Positions 51,606-64,000 of a stretch of DNA of 64,000 nt are shown here, piece by piece. This DNA is from Selaginella moellendorffii (Eukaryota; Plantae; Lycopodiophyta): contig NW_003314287.1 in the NCBI RefSeq assembly GCF_000143415.4, positions 704,203 through 768,202 of the forward strand, in the 5' to 3' direction. Under the pieces are notes generated by a model. It was given only the letters and a program-made list of their open reading frames with translations. It ran no database searches and was not told where the DNA came from. The position numbers and the translations under genes are program-made. Position 1 is the first letter of the stretch. The number at the start of each line of letters is the position of its first letter.

Positions 51606-53617
51606 GGTTGTGGCGAGGACGAACGAAGGGATCGAATCGACTCGTGGGCGATCCTGGACGGATCAAACCCAGGGTGCCCACATCCCCCGACTCCACACAA
51701 GTGACAGTTCTGCCACGACCCACGAGCATTCATGAAGCGCCCAACGGCGCCATTTAGCTCGCGAGAAGCGAAGAAGAGAAAAAAAGGAGCTGAGAGGAGG
51801 ACCCAAGAACACGACGAGGGGCCGACAAGAAAGAACAATGCGCGAGCAATCCCAGAGACAGCTTCTTTTTTTCTCCTTTCTATTATTTTCAGTCAGTGAG
51901 AAGAACCATGAGCATGAATTTATGAACGCTGTGACACTGGAGTTGGATCAAACTTCCCAGCTACCTAGGGCTCTTGCCTTAAAGGAGCCGTTGATCGAAA
52001 CACCAGATTCCAAAACCGACACAAATTCACCTCTTCCATTCCTAGCTAGAAGCTCTGTTTCTTATATACCGCCATAGAGAAGAAAACAAAGAAAAAAAAA
52101 AAAGATTTCTTTACCTGTGCTGCTGTTCGCATTGGAAGATGATTGTTTTCCATTATAGTTTTCCATCCAATCCAAGATGGACACTGGAGAGAGAGAAGGG
52201 GAGCTTTGTTCTACCACATGATTACAGAGCGATCAAAGGAGGAGGAGAAAAAACACTTGGGCTGTACGCGATCGATGTTGCCATGGCCGACAAGGGACCC
52301 GAGCATTGAATGAAGTGCCCAGCCATGATTGATCTCATTCCATCCATCCATTCGTTTGTGCCCGGGGAATGAAAATCATAAAAGAAGCTGGTTACAGAGT
52401 TCACGCATACTCTGCGGTGAGCATTCGCTCTTCCGTACACGTTGTAAGTTGGATGTTCTTCCGGAGTTCACGCAGTCCGTACGCGTGGGTAACTTGGAGG
52501 GAAGTGGGCGGTGGGGCGCGAGTGAGATTTTTAAGATGGTTTGTCGCTGTCCTGGCCTGACAGGCTTTGTTGTTGGCGGTGTGGGGCGTCATTTCGCTCA
52601 TGGGGACTTGACCAGAATCACATGGAGCGTTTCGTTTCGCTCTGGCACTTGACTCGGAGGATCGAATTCAATTCATTTCGATCGAGGTCGCTCTGATTTG
52701 CATCTGCAGCTGGAATCTCCCCAAAAGAAAAAGAAAAGGAGAAGAGCTTGTGTTTCCGTACTATAAGTGTCCGATAGAGAGTTTGCGCATGAAGTTCGAT
52801 GTCTGTTTATTTCCGGATAGCATTCAATCCATCCACGATCATGGCACAGGAGGCTGAATCAAATCCCGGCACTGCTGCTGGTTGTTTGGCTAGTCCAAGA
52901 ATTAAAGCTACCTAAACACCGGCCGACTTGTTCTCTCTCTAGCAGGAAAAGGTGGTGGCCAATAAATTGCGGACACCATCAGCCGTGACGAACAGTTGGA
53001 AAGGATGAGATGATCGATCCTTACAATCTATCTATATGCTGTTTTGATAGTCTCGCGGTGCCATGGATGAGGCTGGTGGATGCAAAATGAATGAATGATG
53101 AATCAAATCCAATTCGCCCACCAACGGAACGGATCGTCTGTTCATGTCCGGAAAAGGAGAAAGATCCAGCGCTTTGACAACTTCGTTTCCTGGTGACCTC
53201 TTCCCGAAAGAGAGAAAGAAAAAGATAGCGGTCCCGACAGTCGAGGTCAAGCATCTCTTTCGATATGTTGGATCATCATGCCATAGAATCTCTCCGTCCG
53301 TACGAGTGCCGTATGCGAGCGCTGGCCATGGCTGGGCTGGCAGCCTTTGTTCTGTAGATTTTGAGAAGACTTCGCTGGCGAGCACCCTGTGGATTTGAAA
53401 ATTTGGATGGACGGCGGCGATCTGTTCACGGTTTTACAGCCGTTGATGTTTCCTACCATGCTCTGCCCTAAAATATCCCTGCGGGTGGAGATCGCTGGAG
53501 GAGAATGCCCGGCTGAGGCATTTTGGCGACCAGGACGATGGTGAGCATTTCGAGACTGGACGTTTTTATTTTCTGATGTTGTCTTTCTGGGTGGCGGTTT
53601 TGTTCCTCCAGGCTTCG

Positions 53618-55817
53618 ATGTTCAAGCTCTCTACTAGTAAGTAGAAGAAATCCCATTTCTTTCACGTACATTGCCTGACACGATGTTTCCATGGTTTTCT
53701 CAGCTTTCCAAAACCGGCTGGACAGGGAAAGGCACGATGAAGCTAGCCGAGGGAAGATCATCAGGTGAAAAAACTTTGGAAGCTATCCTGTTTTTAATCT
53801 TTGTTTTGTGCAGTTTTCTCAAAGAAGATCAACGATGTGCGATCGGGCACAAAATGGAAGAACCTCCATATCAGTATCCTGTGGTTTGTTCTTGTAGCTT
53901 TGGAGCACTCGCGTAAGATCTTTCATGTTTCTTTCTCTGTGTCTGTCTGTAGATAAATGAAGAGGATAAATTCCTTAAGCAAGAACGAATGCGAGAAGCA
54001 TACGACTATGTGAGTTTTGACGTATCGAGTTTTTCTTGTCATCTTTTGTCCAGTGAAAATTTTTATCAGGTGTCCAACGATGATGTGTGGGTCAGTGAGC
54101 CTCCCGATCCCGTGGAAGAAGTTAAGCGCGAGCGTGAAATGCTTCGCAAAGTCGTCCAGGACTCTCCCGAGTTGCGGGATCTTAAAGCCAAGCTCCATCT
54201 TGCTCAAATGAACATGGAAAGGCAGCGACAGGTTGATAAACTATTTTCTCTTGTTTTCATGTCACTGTGGCTATTGCAGCTTGAAGAGAAGAAGCTTGTA
54301 GAGATGGAAGAAGCGTCTCGAAATAAGAAATTCCAAGAGTTAATGTTGGAACAGCTTGACCAAGCTGAGAGGCGTGAGCAAGAGCGTTTATGCAAGATCC
54401 AGAGAGACAAAGTAAGAAGAGCCGAGGTCTTATTGCGAGTTTGCATTCTTTTCTTTCGATTCTGGCAGATGGAGACTGTGATCACGATGAAGGAGCAACT
54501 ACAAAAGAAAGAACTTGAGAAGGAGCGGGCTTGGGAGCGGAGGATCGAGGAGCAGAAAGAAATGGACAAGGTTGGCTCATGACAATAGTAGAACTTTTTT
54601 CTAACCGTGTGGCTTTTGATATTTCAGTTGATTATGAAGCTAAACGCCGAGCGTGAGGAGGAGGCAGCATCTAAAAAGTAAGGCATTCAAGGTCTCCATA
54701 AAACAGGTTTCTTACATTCTTCGTTCCATACAGGAAGAAACAAACAGAAGCTATGAGCTTTGTGCATAAATATCTAGAGACTCGAGAACAAGAAAAAGAA
54801 AACAAGGTACAAAGATGTTTATCTTAGAGGATTCTCATTTGATCCGCATTCCAGGCGAAGAAAATGAAGCAGGAGGAAGAAGAAATGCTCCGATACCGAG
54901 CATTACAGGACCAACGAGCAGCAGAAAAAGCCGAAAAGGAGAGAGAAAAGAAGGAGCGCGAAGAAAAGTGAGCATGCGGTCTGGTTTTTGAAAAACTTGG
55001 TCGAGTTTTACGTTGCCAGGATCCACGCAATTCTGTCCGCTGGAAAAGAAGAAGAGGCTCGCCAAAGGGATGACTTTGAGAAGATGCTCAACGATCTCTA
55101 CTTTGAAGAGGCCGAAGAGCGCTACAGGAAGAACGCCGAGCAAGAGAGGATCCGGGTACCAAAAGACTGTTCCTCCATGGCTTTGAGGATTGCAACTTCC
55201 CTTGTCTACAGAGAGAGCAAGTCCGAGAAAATCTCAAGGCTTCGAATGAGCACGACCATTTCCTGAAGGAGCAGCGCAAGCTCAAAGAAAAAGCCGAGAG
55301 GGAGGCCTTCCACAAGAAGATGATGGATCAAATGGCCGAGGTAATAGTTTCTCCTTTTGTCTCAATGATCTTCGGCTTTCTCTTTCTCAGGAGCACAAGA
55401 TCGAGCAAATGAACGCTCAAAAACGAAGGATGAAGATGGAAGAGTTCAAGAGGGAGATCAGTAAGTTGTGGGAGGATAAAAAGTCCATGTTCCACGGACA
55501 GGTACTTCTGATCTCTCAAAACTCTCAATTCTCGTTTCGTTTTAGGTGGACGAGGCCAAAGAATTCCGGAAGAAAGAAGAAGAGATGCAAGCCAAGAGAA
55601 AAGAGGTGATAGAGGAGGAGCGACGCAAGCTCTTGGCGACTCAAGGAAGAAAGTTAGCCCATTTCCTTCCAAAGCACACGCTAGAAAGCGAGGAAGACTA
55701 TAAAATCGTTGGAATTCCACCACCACCACAGCGGGAAAAGGTATACCTCCATCTCTCCTTTTCTTCTTCTCGTTTGAGCTCTTACACAGTTTTTTTTCTC
55801 GCGTGTAGAGGAGATAG
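53618..55817 (+). CDS. MNS1: MNS1-like coiled-coil axonemal protein (TPH domain), many short exons
   Basis: SPELRDLKAKLHLAQMNMER; IEQMNAQKRRMK; IEEERRKLL..FLPK; start codon inferred. Confidence 0.78.
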
Positions 55818-55861
55818 AGCGAGCGAGCAATGTATTGTTATAAAAATAATCCATCGTGGAG

Positions 55862-55870
55862 TTTAGGGTT
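55862..55870 (-). promoter_or_regulatory. Telo-box upstream of MTR4
   Basis: TTTAGGGTT (AAACCCTA on the minus strand) about 13 bp before the ATG. Confidence 0.55.
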
Positions 55871-55882
55871 TTAGGAGGGCAA

Positions 55883-58800
55883 ATGGCGGCTGCGTCCGCC
55901 AAGCGCGGCGCCGAGGATGATCTCGCGTCGCCATCGCTCAAGCAGGCCAAGATTTCCGAGACGCTAGCGCCGGCGGCGATCGAGCGGGGTTGCATTCACG
56001 AAATCGCGTATCCGGATGGATTCCAGGCTTCAGGTGAGAAGCGTGACGCTCCCGCGAAGCCTGCCAAGGAGTATCCCTTCACGCTCGACGCTTTCCAGCG
56101 TGAGGCGATTGCGGCATTGGAAGCTGGAGAATCAGTCATGGTATGCTAGCAAGAATTTTGGATTTGGAGCTTTGGTTTGAATTTTTTTTTCTCGGCAAGG
56201 TCTCGGCACACACGTCGGCAGGCAAGACTGTGGTCGCGGAGTATGCGATTGCCATGGCTCTAAGAGATCAGCAGCGTGTGCTTTACACATCTCCTATCAA
56301 GGCGCTGAGCAACCAAAAGTTTCGAGAGCTCGCGGAGGAGTTTTCGGACGTGGGGCTGATGACTGGTGACGTTACAATCTCCCCCAATGCGTCTTGCTTG
56401 GTAAATGTTTCCTCAGCTTGGATAGCTCGCTATGATGATTCTCATTTATGATAGGAAGATCAGAAGTGCTCCAATGGAGCGCTCATGATGCTTTTACGAG
56501 AATTCTGATGCGACTTTCTTTCTTGACTAGATGCCATATTCAATACTTCCGTTGGCTTGAAACTTACATAGTGGTCATTATATTCTGCAGGTCATGACTA
56601 CCGAGATTTTGCGGAGCATGCAGTATCGAGGGTCAGAAGTCATGAGAGAAGTTGCGTGGATAATTTTTGACGAAGTTCACTACATGAGAGACCGGGAACG
56701 AGGAGTGGTGTGGGAAGAAAGCATTGTCATGGCTCCTAAGAACGCCCGTTTTGTTTTTCTATCAGCGACGGTGCCAAATGCTAAAGAATTCGCTGACTGG
56801 GTTGCAAAGGTACAGTCCTCACGCTTTGAATTTGGCAGAATGTGCTGATGTATTACTGCTTCACAGGTTCATCAACAACCTTGTCACATCGTGTATACTG
56901 ACTTCAGACCAACGCCTCTACAACACTATATTTTTCCCGCCGGTGGGGATGGTTTGTATCTTGTCGTCGATGAGCAAGGTACGTTTCGAGAGGACAGTTT
57001 CTCGAAAGCAGTGAACGCAGTTGCAATTGCCGATCCAAAGAAGGACGGAAAATGGCAAAAGCGAAAAGAAGAAGGAAAGGACGAACCAAGTGACATCTGG
57101 AAGATTGTGAAAATGATTATTGCACGGCAATATGATCCAGTAATAGTGTTCAGTTTTAGCAAGAGGGATTGCGAGCATCTTGCAATGCAGGTGATTTTCT
57201 TTCTCCTCGCTGATGTGTTTGTCTAACCGTTGCTTGCAGATGTCAAAAATGGACCTTAACTCAGAAGATGAAAAGAAACTTGTTGAAGGCATATTTCGAA
57301 ATGCCATGGACTCTTTATCTGAAGACGATAAAAAGCTTCCTCAGGTTAGATCGATTCTTGTGTATAAAACGATATACTTAACTATCTTTGCAGGTCTCTC
57401 TGGCCCTGCCTTACTTGAAGCGCGGAATCGGAGTGCATCACTCGGGCCTGTTGCCCATTCTTAAAGAAGTTATTGAGATATTATTTCAAGAAGGGCTCGT
57501 AAAGGTATATTTGTACAGCGTTTCGTTTCTTCCTAAGTTGTTGGATGTTGCAGTGCCTGTTTGCTACAGAGACATTCAGTATTGGACTGAATATGCCTGC
57601 CAAGACAGTCGTGTTCACGAACGTTCGCAAGTTTGATGGTGACAAGTTTCGCTGGATAACCAGCGGCGAATATATTCAAATGAGTGGACGCGCAGGGCGT
57701 AGAGGGCTTGACAATTTTGGCGTATGTATTTTTATGCTAGATGAGAAGCTAGAACCAGCTGTTGCGAAGCAGATAGTGAAGGGCACTGCCGATCCACTGA
57801 ATAGGTAATGGTGGATTTTCATGTTACGGCTTCTGTACTCATGGCTGTCTCTTCTTTCAGTGCTTTTCATCTCAGCTATAATATGATATTAAATCAGATG
57901 CGCTGTGAAGAGAGTAACCCAGAAGACTTACTTCGCCAGTCCTTTCACCAATTTCAGTCTGATCGAAGCTTACCAATCCTTGAGGTATAAATTCCACTCC
58001 TTTTGAAATGATCCCGCGCTATAATAGTCTGAATGCAGCAACGCGTGAAGAATCTGGAAGAAGAAAGAGCTTCTGTTCTTATTGAAGAAGAGGAGAAGCT
58101 AGCAGAATACTACTCATCGGTCAATCAGTTGAGGAAAATAAAGAATCAGATACGGGAGATTATACTCGCTCCTCGATCTTGTCTTCCGTTTCTTCAACCT
58201 GGGCGTCTAGTGCGGATATTCAGATCTGCTGATGCAGTGGAGCAACAGAATAGCGTACTAATGGAGCAAGATCCTGCTGTATGGGGCGTTATTATCAACT
58301 TTGAGAAGGCTCAGTCAAAGGACTCAGATGAAGGTAAGCCGAATGGCGCAGTACGTGTACTTACTTTTTCTACAGATGATCCTTTCGAATCAAAGCCGCG
58401 AAAGCACTTGAAATACGTGGTGGACGTGCTGGTGAACTGCGTAACTGAGAAAGAAGGGGACAGACCGAAGGTGGCACGTCCTGTATCTCTGGATGAGGAT
58501 GGGCAACCTTTAGTTACAGCATTTCCTTTGTCTCAAGTAAGTAATCTCTTATCGGTACTTGGTTTTTGTTCTTACCATCTATATTAGGTGGAGAGCCTTA
58601 GTGCCGTTCGGATTCGTATTCCAAGAGATTTGCGTCCAGCGGAAGCGAGAGAGCAGACCTTGAGGACCGTACTGGAAGTACTGAAAAGGTTTCCCGACGG
58701 ATTGCAGCTTTTAGATCCCGAGGATGATATGAAGGTGAGACTCTTCGTTTGAAGCATGAGTGAGCTTTTGGTGCACAGGTGGAAAGCAGCGATTACAAGA

Positions 58801-59665
58801 AGTTGGTGCGACGAGTGGAAGCACTGGAAACTCTGATAGCAAAACATCCAGTTGCAAAATCTCCAACTCTAAATGAACGATTGAGGCTGCTCCAGAAGAA
58901 GGAAGATCTAGCCGAGACCATTCGTGTAGCGCGGAAGGAAGTGCGTGCTGCGTCCGCTCTAATATTCAAGGACGAACTAAAAGCGCGTCGAAGAGTTTTA
59001 CGTCGTTTAAGGTACTTGGTTTTTTCTCAAGTCCACAGTGACTGATTTTTCTTTGTCCCGCAGTTATGCCACCAGGGACGACGTTGTGCAACTCAAGGGG
59101 CTCGTGGCCTGCGAGATAAGCAGCGCGGACGAGCTCATTGTCACGGAACTGATATTCAATGGTGTTTTCAAGGACGTCACAGCAGAGCAAGCTGCCGCGC
59201 TATTGTCATGCTTCGTGTGGCAAGAGAAGACGAAAATGGCGAAGCCGCTGTCTCAAGAACTTGCTGGACTGTTTTCGCAGCTCCAGGACACAGCCAGGCA
59301 AGTTGGAAAACTCCAAGTGGAATGCAAGGTAGTGTTCTTTCTCTTTTTCTTTGTTTTCTGCCACTAGAGCAAGATCGTTTTTACAGGTTCCAGTCGATGT
59401 GGAGGAATACGTGAATTCGTTTCGGCCGGATATAATGGAGGGAGTCCATGCCTGGTGCACCGGAAAGAGCTTTCTGGAGGTGTTGAAAGTGGCGGAGGTG
59501 TTTGAAGGGAGCTTGATCCGGGCGCTTAGAAGGCTAGAGGAGCTTGTCCAGCAACTGGTCACAGCCTCGAAAGCCATTGGAGAGGCAGACATGGAGGCCA
59601 AGTTCCAGGACGCAAGCACCAAGATGAAAAGAGACATTGTGTTTGCGGCGTCTCTATACCTATGA
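55883..59665 (+). CDS. MTR4: Ski2-like DExH RNA helicase, nuclear exosome cofactor
   Basis: [55 protein letters not shown]. Confidence 0.93.
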
Positions 59666-59784
59666 ATCACATTTTTGTACATTAAATCTTTGTACATAAT
59701 CTTCTATTAGTGTCAATGTTGAAAAATGTCTACGTGGCAAACAGCTGTGCCCTTATTAGGGCGAGATACGTATGTGTGCGCCCT

Positions 59785-59833
59785 ATCCCACATGCGAAGG
59801 CGCAGAATTGTGCCCAGGCTGGAGTATATAAAA
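59785..59833 (+). promoter_or_regulatory. snRNA promoter: USE and TATA
   Basis: ATCCCACATGCG (consensus RTCCCACATCG) at 59785; TATATAAAA at 59825. Confidence 0.8.
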
Positions 59834-59856
59834 GAGGGTTGGGCAACGAAAAATTC

Positions 59857-60050
59857 ATACCTTTCTCGGCCTTTTGGCTAAGATCAAGTGTAGTATCTGT
59901 TCTTATCAGTTTAATAGCTGATATGGGGCCACGTGCCCCAACGCTATTAACCTAATTTTTTGTGGGAGGGGGGCCACCGGTAGCTTGCTACCCGGCCCTC
60001 CACGTGTCGCTTTGGCCTTACACTATCGCCTTAGCCTGGCACAACCCAAC
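59857..60050 (+). ncRNA. U2: U2 spliceosomal snRNA
   Basis: ATACCTTTCTCGGCCTTTTGGCTAAGATCAAGTGTAGTATCTGTTC; Sm site AATTTTTTG; 3' stem-loops; 3' end approximate. Confidence 0.96.
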
Positions 60051-60315
60051 CCCAAATGTAAACCCAAGAAGCAATTTAGGAATCTAGTTTTTACATGCCC
60101 GATCTAGGAACTAGAAAAGTTCAAGAACCTTTAATAATTTCTCTAAAAATTTCAAGGAAAGCAATTTTAATTTACGTCTGCATTATTGTCACTAGTGAGG
60201 GTAGAAAAAAAAATCTTAATGTTCTTAATGTTTCATGGAGAAATTTGCTGAATAGAGGCATAGCGTTTTAATTCAGTGATGAAAAATAACATAAATTAAA
60301 GCATAAATTGAAAGA

Positions 60316-61745
60316 TCAACGCGGAGCATAAACAGCAAGGGAGTCCTCCAGCCTCAGCCATTCCTCGGCCATCTGTCTCTTATAGTTACCCGACTGCGGC
60401 ACAAACTCTGCGTGTCCAAACCCAAGAAGATATCCTGCATAGCCCCCCGACCTCTCCAAACTCGAGACCACAATGCTCTTGTTGTCAATCCCTCCATGAA
60501 GGATACCCCGATCATGCATCGCTTGCAGTGCCTCTCTTGCGCCAGAACCAAGAGCTTGATACTGCTCGCTCGTCAAAGGTATGTCCAAGTCCCCCGTCCT
60601 AACATCCGACATCATCGTGTAGAGAAACATCCCCCCGCCAAAGAAACCATACGAGTAGAGGTGTGGTATGCAGCGTCCCTGGTACTTGTGCAGCCTCTGG
60701 TAGACTTTAACCTCTGTGACCGTGCTCTTGAGGCATGTTTCGAAATCACTTCGCCAGCAGGTTAGATCCATGATCTTCAAAGCCACGGTTTTGCCTTGGT
60801 ACTTTGCCCGGACCACACTCGCGCTCTGTGACACAAGCCTGGTTACTTCCTCTAGCTCGCGCTCGTCGATGCCACGTAGCCTGGATTCAACCTTGTCAAG
60901 CCTGCCGAGTCCCATCTCTTTGCACGCTGCCATAAACCTGTGATTGAGCAAGCGAATGCCGTCGAACGAGAAGTTCCTTGTGGGCGATACGCCAGAAGAT
61001 GGCGATGGCAAACTCCTGCCTAGATGCATAGCGTAGCGAGCTAACAGTGTTGTGGGATCATCCTTGGAAGCAATATGAACTTTAAGACGCGACGAGCTAT
61101 CATCTGTCGGGGAGCAAAACGCTAAATGCTCCGCAAAGGCCACCATCCCGATGGAGACCTGGTTTAGTAGCATGTACACCCAGAGCCTTGCATACACAAG
61201 CTCAATCCCATCCAATGTGATGACTCCCAGAAACATCATCTCACCCCCTGCAAAACCTAGACGGAAGAATAGTATTGCAAAGAGAGAACTTCAAGAACAA
61301 AGAACTTACTTTCGCTGATAGTGCATATTTCGGCCCTGCCGATCGTCGGCCCACGCCGGAGCTCGTCGCAAAGGAAGGGTTTCATGGCCAATGCCAGTTC
61401 CCAATGTGGATTCCCTGCAATCGGCGGATCTGCTGCCGTCCTCTTTCCAGGAGCAGGCAGAGAATCATCCCAGTGAAGCGATAACCACCTGTCAAAGAGC
61501 GGCCCAAAATCTTGCCAGGATTCGAGCTGCAGATCCTCGGCTGGGCACAAGTCGTCTAGGCGAGGGTAAGAAGAGGCGGCGGACGATGTCGAGGACCACT
61601 TCCATAGAAGAACTCCATGTAGGTCGTGTAGATGTAGCTGTTGGGGTGGCGAGCGCGGTAGAACATCAGGCCAACCTGGAACTGGGTCTTCTCGGGGAGG
61701 AGCCGGCCCACGCCGACGAAGTGGAAGTACCCTGCGCTCCGCCAT
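60316..61745 (-). CDS. Atypical kinase-like protein (pseudokinase), 2 exons, about 455 aa
   Basis: Intron 61309-61248 joins the frames; VALK, EVKVYQRL..YQGRCIPHLYSYG, LQAMHDRGILHG, GFG. Confidence 0.7.
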
Positions 61746-62166
61746 CCTTGCCCTACAATTAGACACGCAAGTTATCACTGAAGTTCAGCTACATGAGAGT
61801 TGCTACTTTCTCTTTTGTCGATGCTCTCTTGAATCATCCCGTTGCCACCGCCATGTCAGTGAAAGTTTCTTCTCGTCCTTGGTCGGATCGGTCTTGAACA
61901 TGATCATATGAAAGTTGAGGCGCTGCTCCACGGGATCCACTCACCACTGCCGGACTCTTGCTACTGTTAAATCCTTAGCGGAGCGAACGAGCAATCCCGG
62001 AGCGATAGTTATTAAACTTGAAATTCTTCGACATAAATTATGCACTCACAGAAGAGGTTTTCAGCACATTCTCCGGTCATTAAATTAAAAATGCAAATTA
62101 ATATTATCTAGAAAATAAGCTGGTTATGGAATAAGCTTAGCCGCAAAGGATGTGCAAGTTTGTCGA

Positions 62167-64000
62167 TTAAACCACAAACTTGTGCACCTGGCCGTTCACT
62201 TCGATCCTGCTCATGCCACCAGCACCTCCTCTCGCTGCTCCAGAGCCTCGCTCCATCACTTCCTTTCTGATCCTCATCGCTTCCTTCCACTCCCCACTCG
62301 CGGCATGGATAGTGGCCAGAGCTAGCAAGTGCGAGGGATCGCCGGGAACCATGGCCAGGAGCTTCTTCGCCGCACGCTTCCCACGATCCAGATCCGAGTG
62401 AAGCTTGCAAGAGCTGAGCAGCGACGTCCACATAACGTCGTTCGCTGCTGCGCATGGCAGCCTGGAAAGGAGTTCCTCCGCCTCGGCCAGGCGTCCTGCT
62501 CGTCCGAGGAGATCGACCATGCAGCCGTAGTGAATCTCCTCGGCCGGGATCTGGTAGTCTTGCACCATGGAGACGAAGAACTGGCAGCCGTCGGCCACGA
62601 GACCGCCGTGGCTACATGCGGAGAGAACTCCCACAAACGTGACTTCGTCCGGCTTGACGCACTCCTCGAGCATCCTTCTGAACAGCCGGAGGCTCTCCTC
62701 AAAGGATCCGTGCTGCGCGTAAGCTGTGATCAGGCAGTTCCACGAGACCACGTCTCGAGCAGCCAGTGACTCGAAGATCTCCCTCGCTTCTCGCAGGCTT
62801 CCGCAGCTTCCAAACATGCGGGCGACGGCATTCCCGAGCACCAAATCCAGCTCGTGAGCTCCACTCTCCACGAACTGCTTGTAGACGAGCCTGCCTTGGG
62901 CCAGTCCCGAGACGTTGGAGCACGCATCGAGCACGTTGATGAGCGTCACTTTGTCCGGAGCCACGCTCTCCAGCAGCATCACCTTGAAGATCTGGAGAGC
63001 TTCCCTGTCGTAGCCATGCTCCGCGTAGACCGCGATCATCGTCGTCCACGAGACTGTGTCCCTCTCCCTCATCTTGTCAAACATCTTGCGAGCGTCCGCG
63101 ACGTTGCCGCATTTCCCATACATGTGGACGATCGCGTTTCCGATGGACACCAAGCCCTCGTAGCCGTGCTTGATGATCTGAGCGTGTGCCAACTTTCCAT
63201 AAGCCAGTGCCAGAGGAGTTGCGCACCCGTTGAGAATGCTCAAGAACACAACCTTGTCCGGCTTGAGCCCCTGGTCCTGCATTTGCTGGAAGAGCTCGAA
63301 GGCTTCCTTGTAATCCCCGTGCCCAGCGTACGCTGCTATCATCGCCGTCCAGAGAACCAGGTCGGGCTTCTCCACCCTGCTAAACACCTCTCGAGCGGCC
63401 TCCAAGCACCGGCACTTGCTGTATATGTACACGAGAGCAGTGGCGACCGCAAACTCCAGCTCCACTCCACTCTCGACGATCAACCCGTGGATCGCCCTGG
63501 TCTCCTTCAAGTCCCCGGCCACTGCCTCTGGCGAGCTCGTCGAGAAGGCGTTCACCGCAGCGCAGGCGTCGAGCATCGTCACAAAGCTGACCCGGTTGGG
63601 AGTGGTCCCGTCTTGCAGCATTCTCTTCGAGAGGACAAGAGCCTCGTCGTAGCCACCATGCTCCACAAACGCGGCAATGAGAGCAGTCCAGGAGACGACG
63701 TTCTTCTCGTCCATGCCCGCGAAAGTTTTCCGAGCGTCCTCCAGGCTGCCACACTTGCTGTACATGTCGATGAGCGCGTTGCCGACCGAGAGCTCGCCGC
63801 TGTAGCCACTCTCCACGACCTGAGTATGGATCTTCCTCCCTTCTTCGAGCCCCCGAGCTCCAGAAACCGCGCTGAGAATCGCTAGGAAAGTCACCTTGTT
63901 CGGAGCCAGCCCCTCTCCGTGCATGCATCGAAAGAGCTCCAGAGCTTCCTCCCTGGAGTGGCCATCCTGAGCGTAGAGCGATATCATCCCATTCCAGGAG
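62167..64000 (-). CDS. PLS-class PPR protein with E/E+ domain, 5' end outside the window
   Basis: PPR repeats; HYGCMVDLLGRAG; GMSRIEVNGQVHKFVV. Confidence 0.92.
   Translation of the reverse strand, partial: SWNGMISLYAQDGHSREEALELFRCMHGEGLAPNKVTFLAILSAVSGARGLEEGRKIHTQVVESGYSGELSVGNALIDMYSKCGSLEDARKTFAGMDEKNVVSWTALIAAFVEHGGYDEALVLSKRMLQDGTTPNRVSFVTMLDACAAVNAFSTSSPEAVAGDLKETRAIHGLIVESGVELEFAVATALVYIYSKCRCLEAAREVFSRVEKPDLVLWTAMIAAYAGHGDYKEAFELFQQMQDQGLKPDKVVFLSILNGCATPLALAYGKLAHAQIIKHGYEGLVSIGNAIVHMYGKCGNVADARKMFDKMRERDTVSWTTMIAVYAEHGYDREALQIFKVMLLESVAPDKVTLINVLDACSNVSGLAQGRLVYKQFVESGAHELDLVLGNAVARMFGSCGSLREAREIFESLAARDVVSWNCLITAYAQHGSFEESLRLFRRMLEECVKPDEVTFVGVLSACSHGGLVADGCQFFVSMVQDYQIPAEEIHYGCMVDLLGRAGRLAEAEELLSRLPCAAANDVMWTSLLSSCKLHSDLDRGKRAAKKLLAMVPGDPSHLLALATIHAASGEWKEAMRIRKEVMERGSGAARGGAGGMSRIEVNGQVHKFVV

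Noticed and set aside
53874-53881. U12-type donor GTATCCT in MNS1
   Set aside because: Reads through as coding (QYPV) to an ordinary phase-0 GT donor
62854-63885. 343-aa antisense ORF and similar shadow ORFs in GC-rich genes
   Set aside because: Antisense or alternative frames of PPR, subtilase and AAP exons

Overview
Compact, gene-dense eukaryotic nuclear DNA with very short GT-AG introns. PLS-class PPR genes and a cilia gene (MNS1) point to a seed-free land plant with flagellated sperm, most consistent with a lycophyte such as Selaginella (inference). Genes: two PPRs, Bax-inhibitor/LFG, GH9 endoglucanase, tRNA-Val and tRNA-Trp, ETFQO, two divergent amino-acid permeases, two subtilases plus a truncated copy, PNGase A-like (intact and disrupted copies), a dirigent, JMJD4-like, MNS1, MTR4, U2 snRNA and an intact pseudokinase of fungal/Crinkler type. 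Mobile DNA: a near-intact Ty3/gypsy element (174-bp LTRs, 4-bp TSD, tRNA-Ala-like PBS, G_GGA_AAC slippery site plus H-type pseudoknot), a decayed second copy carrying a nested Cassandra-like TRIM with 5S-rRNA-derived LTRs and a second truncated TRIM, and two hAT elements. The best leads are the Cassandra-like element in an apparent lycophyte, the frameshift signal and the pseudokinase. Exon boundaries and alignments were read by eye.
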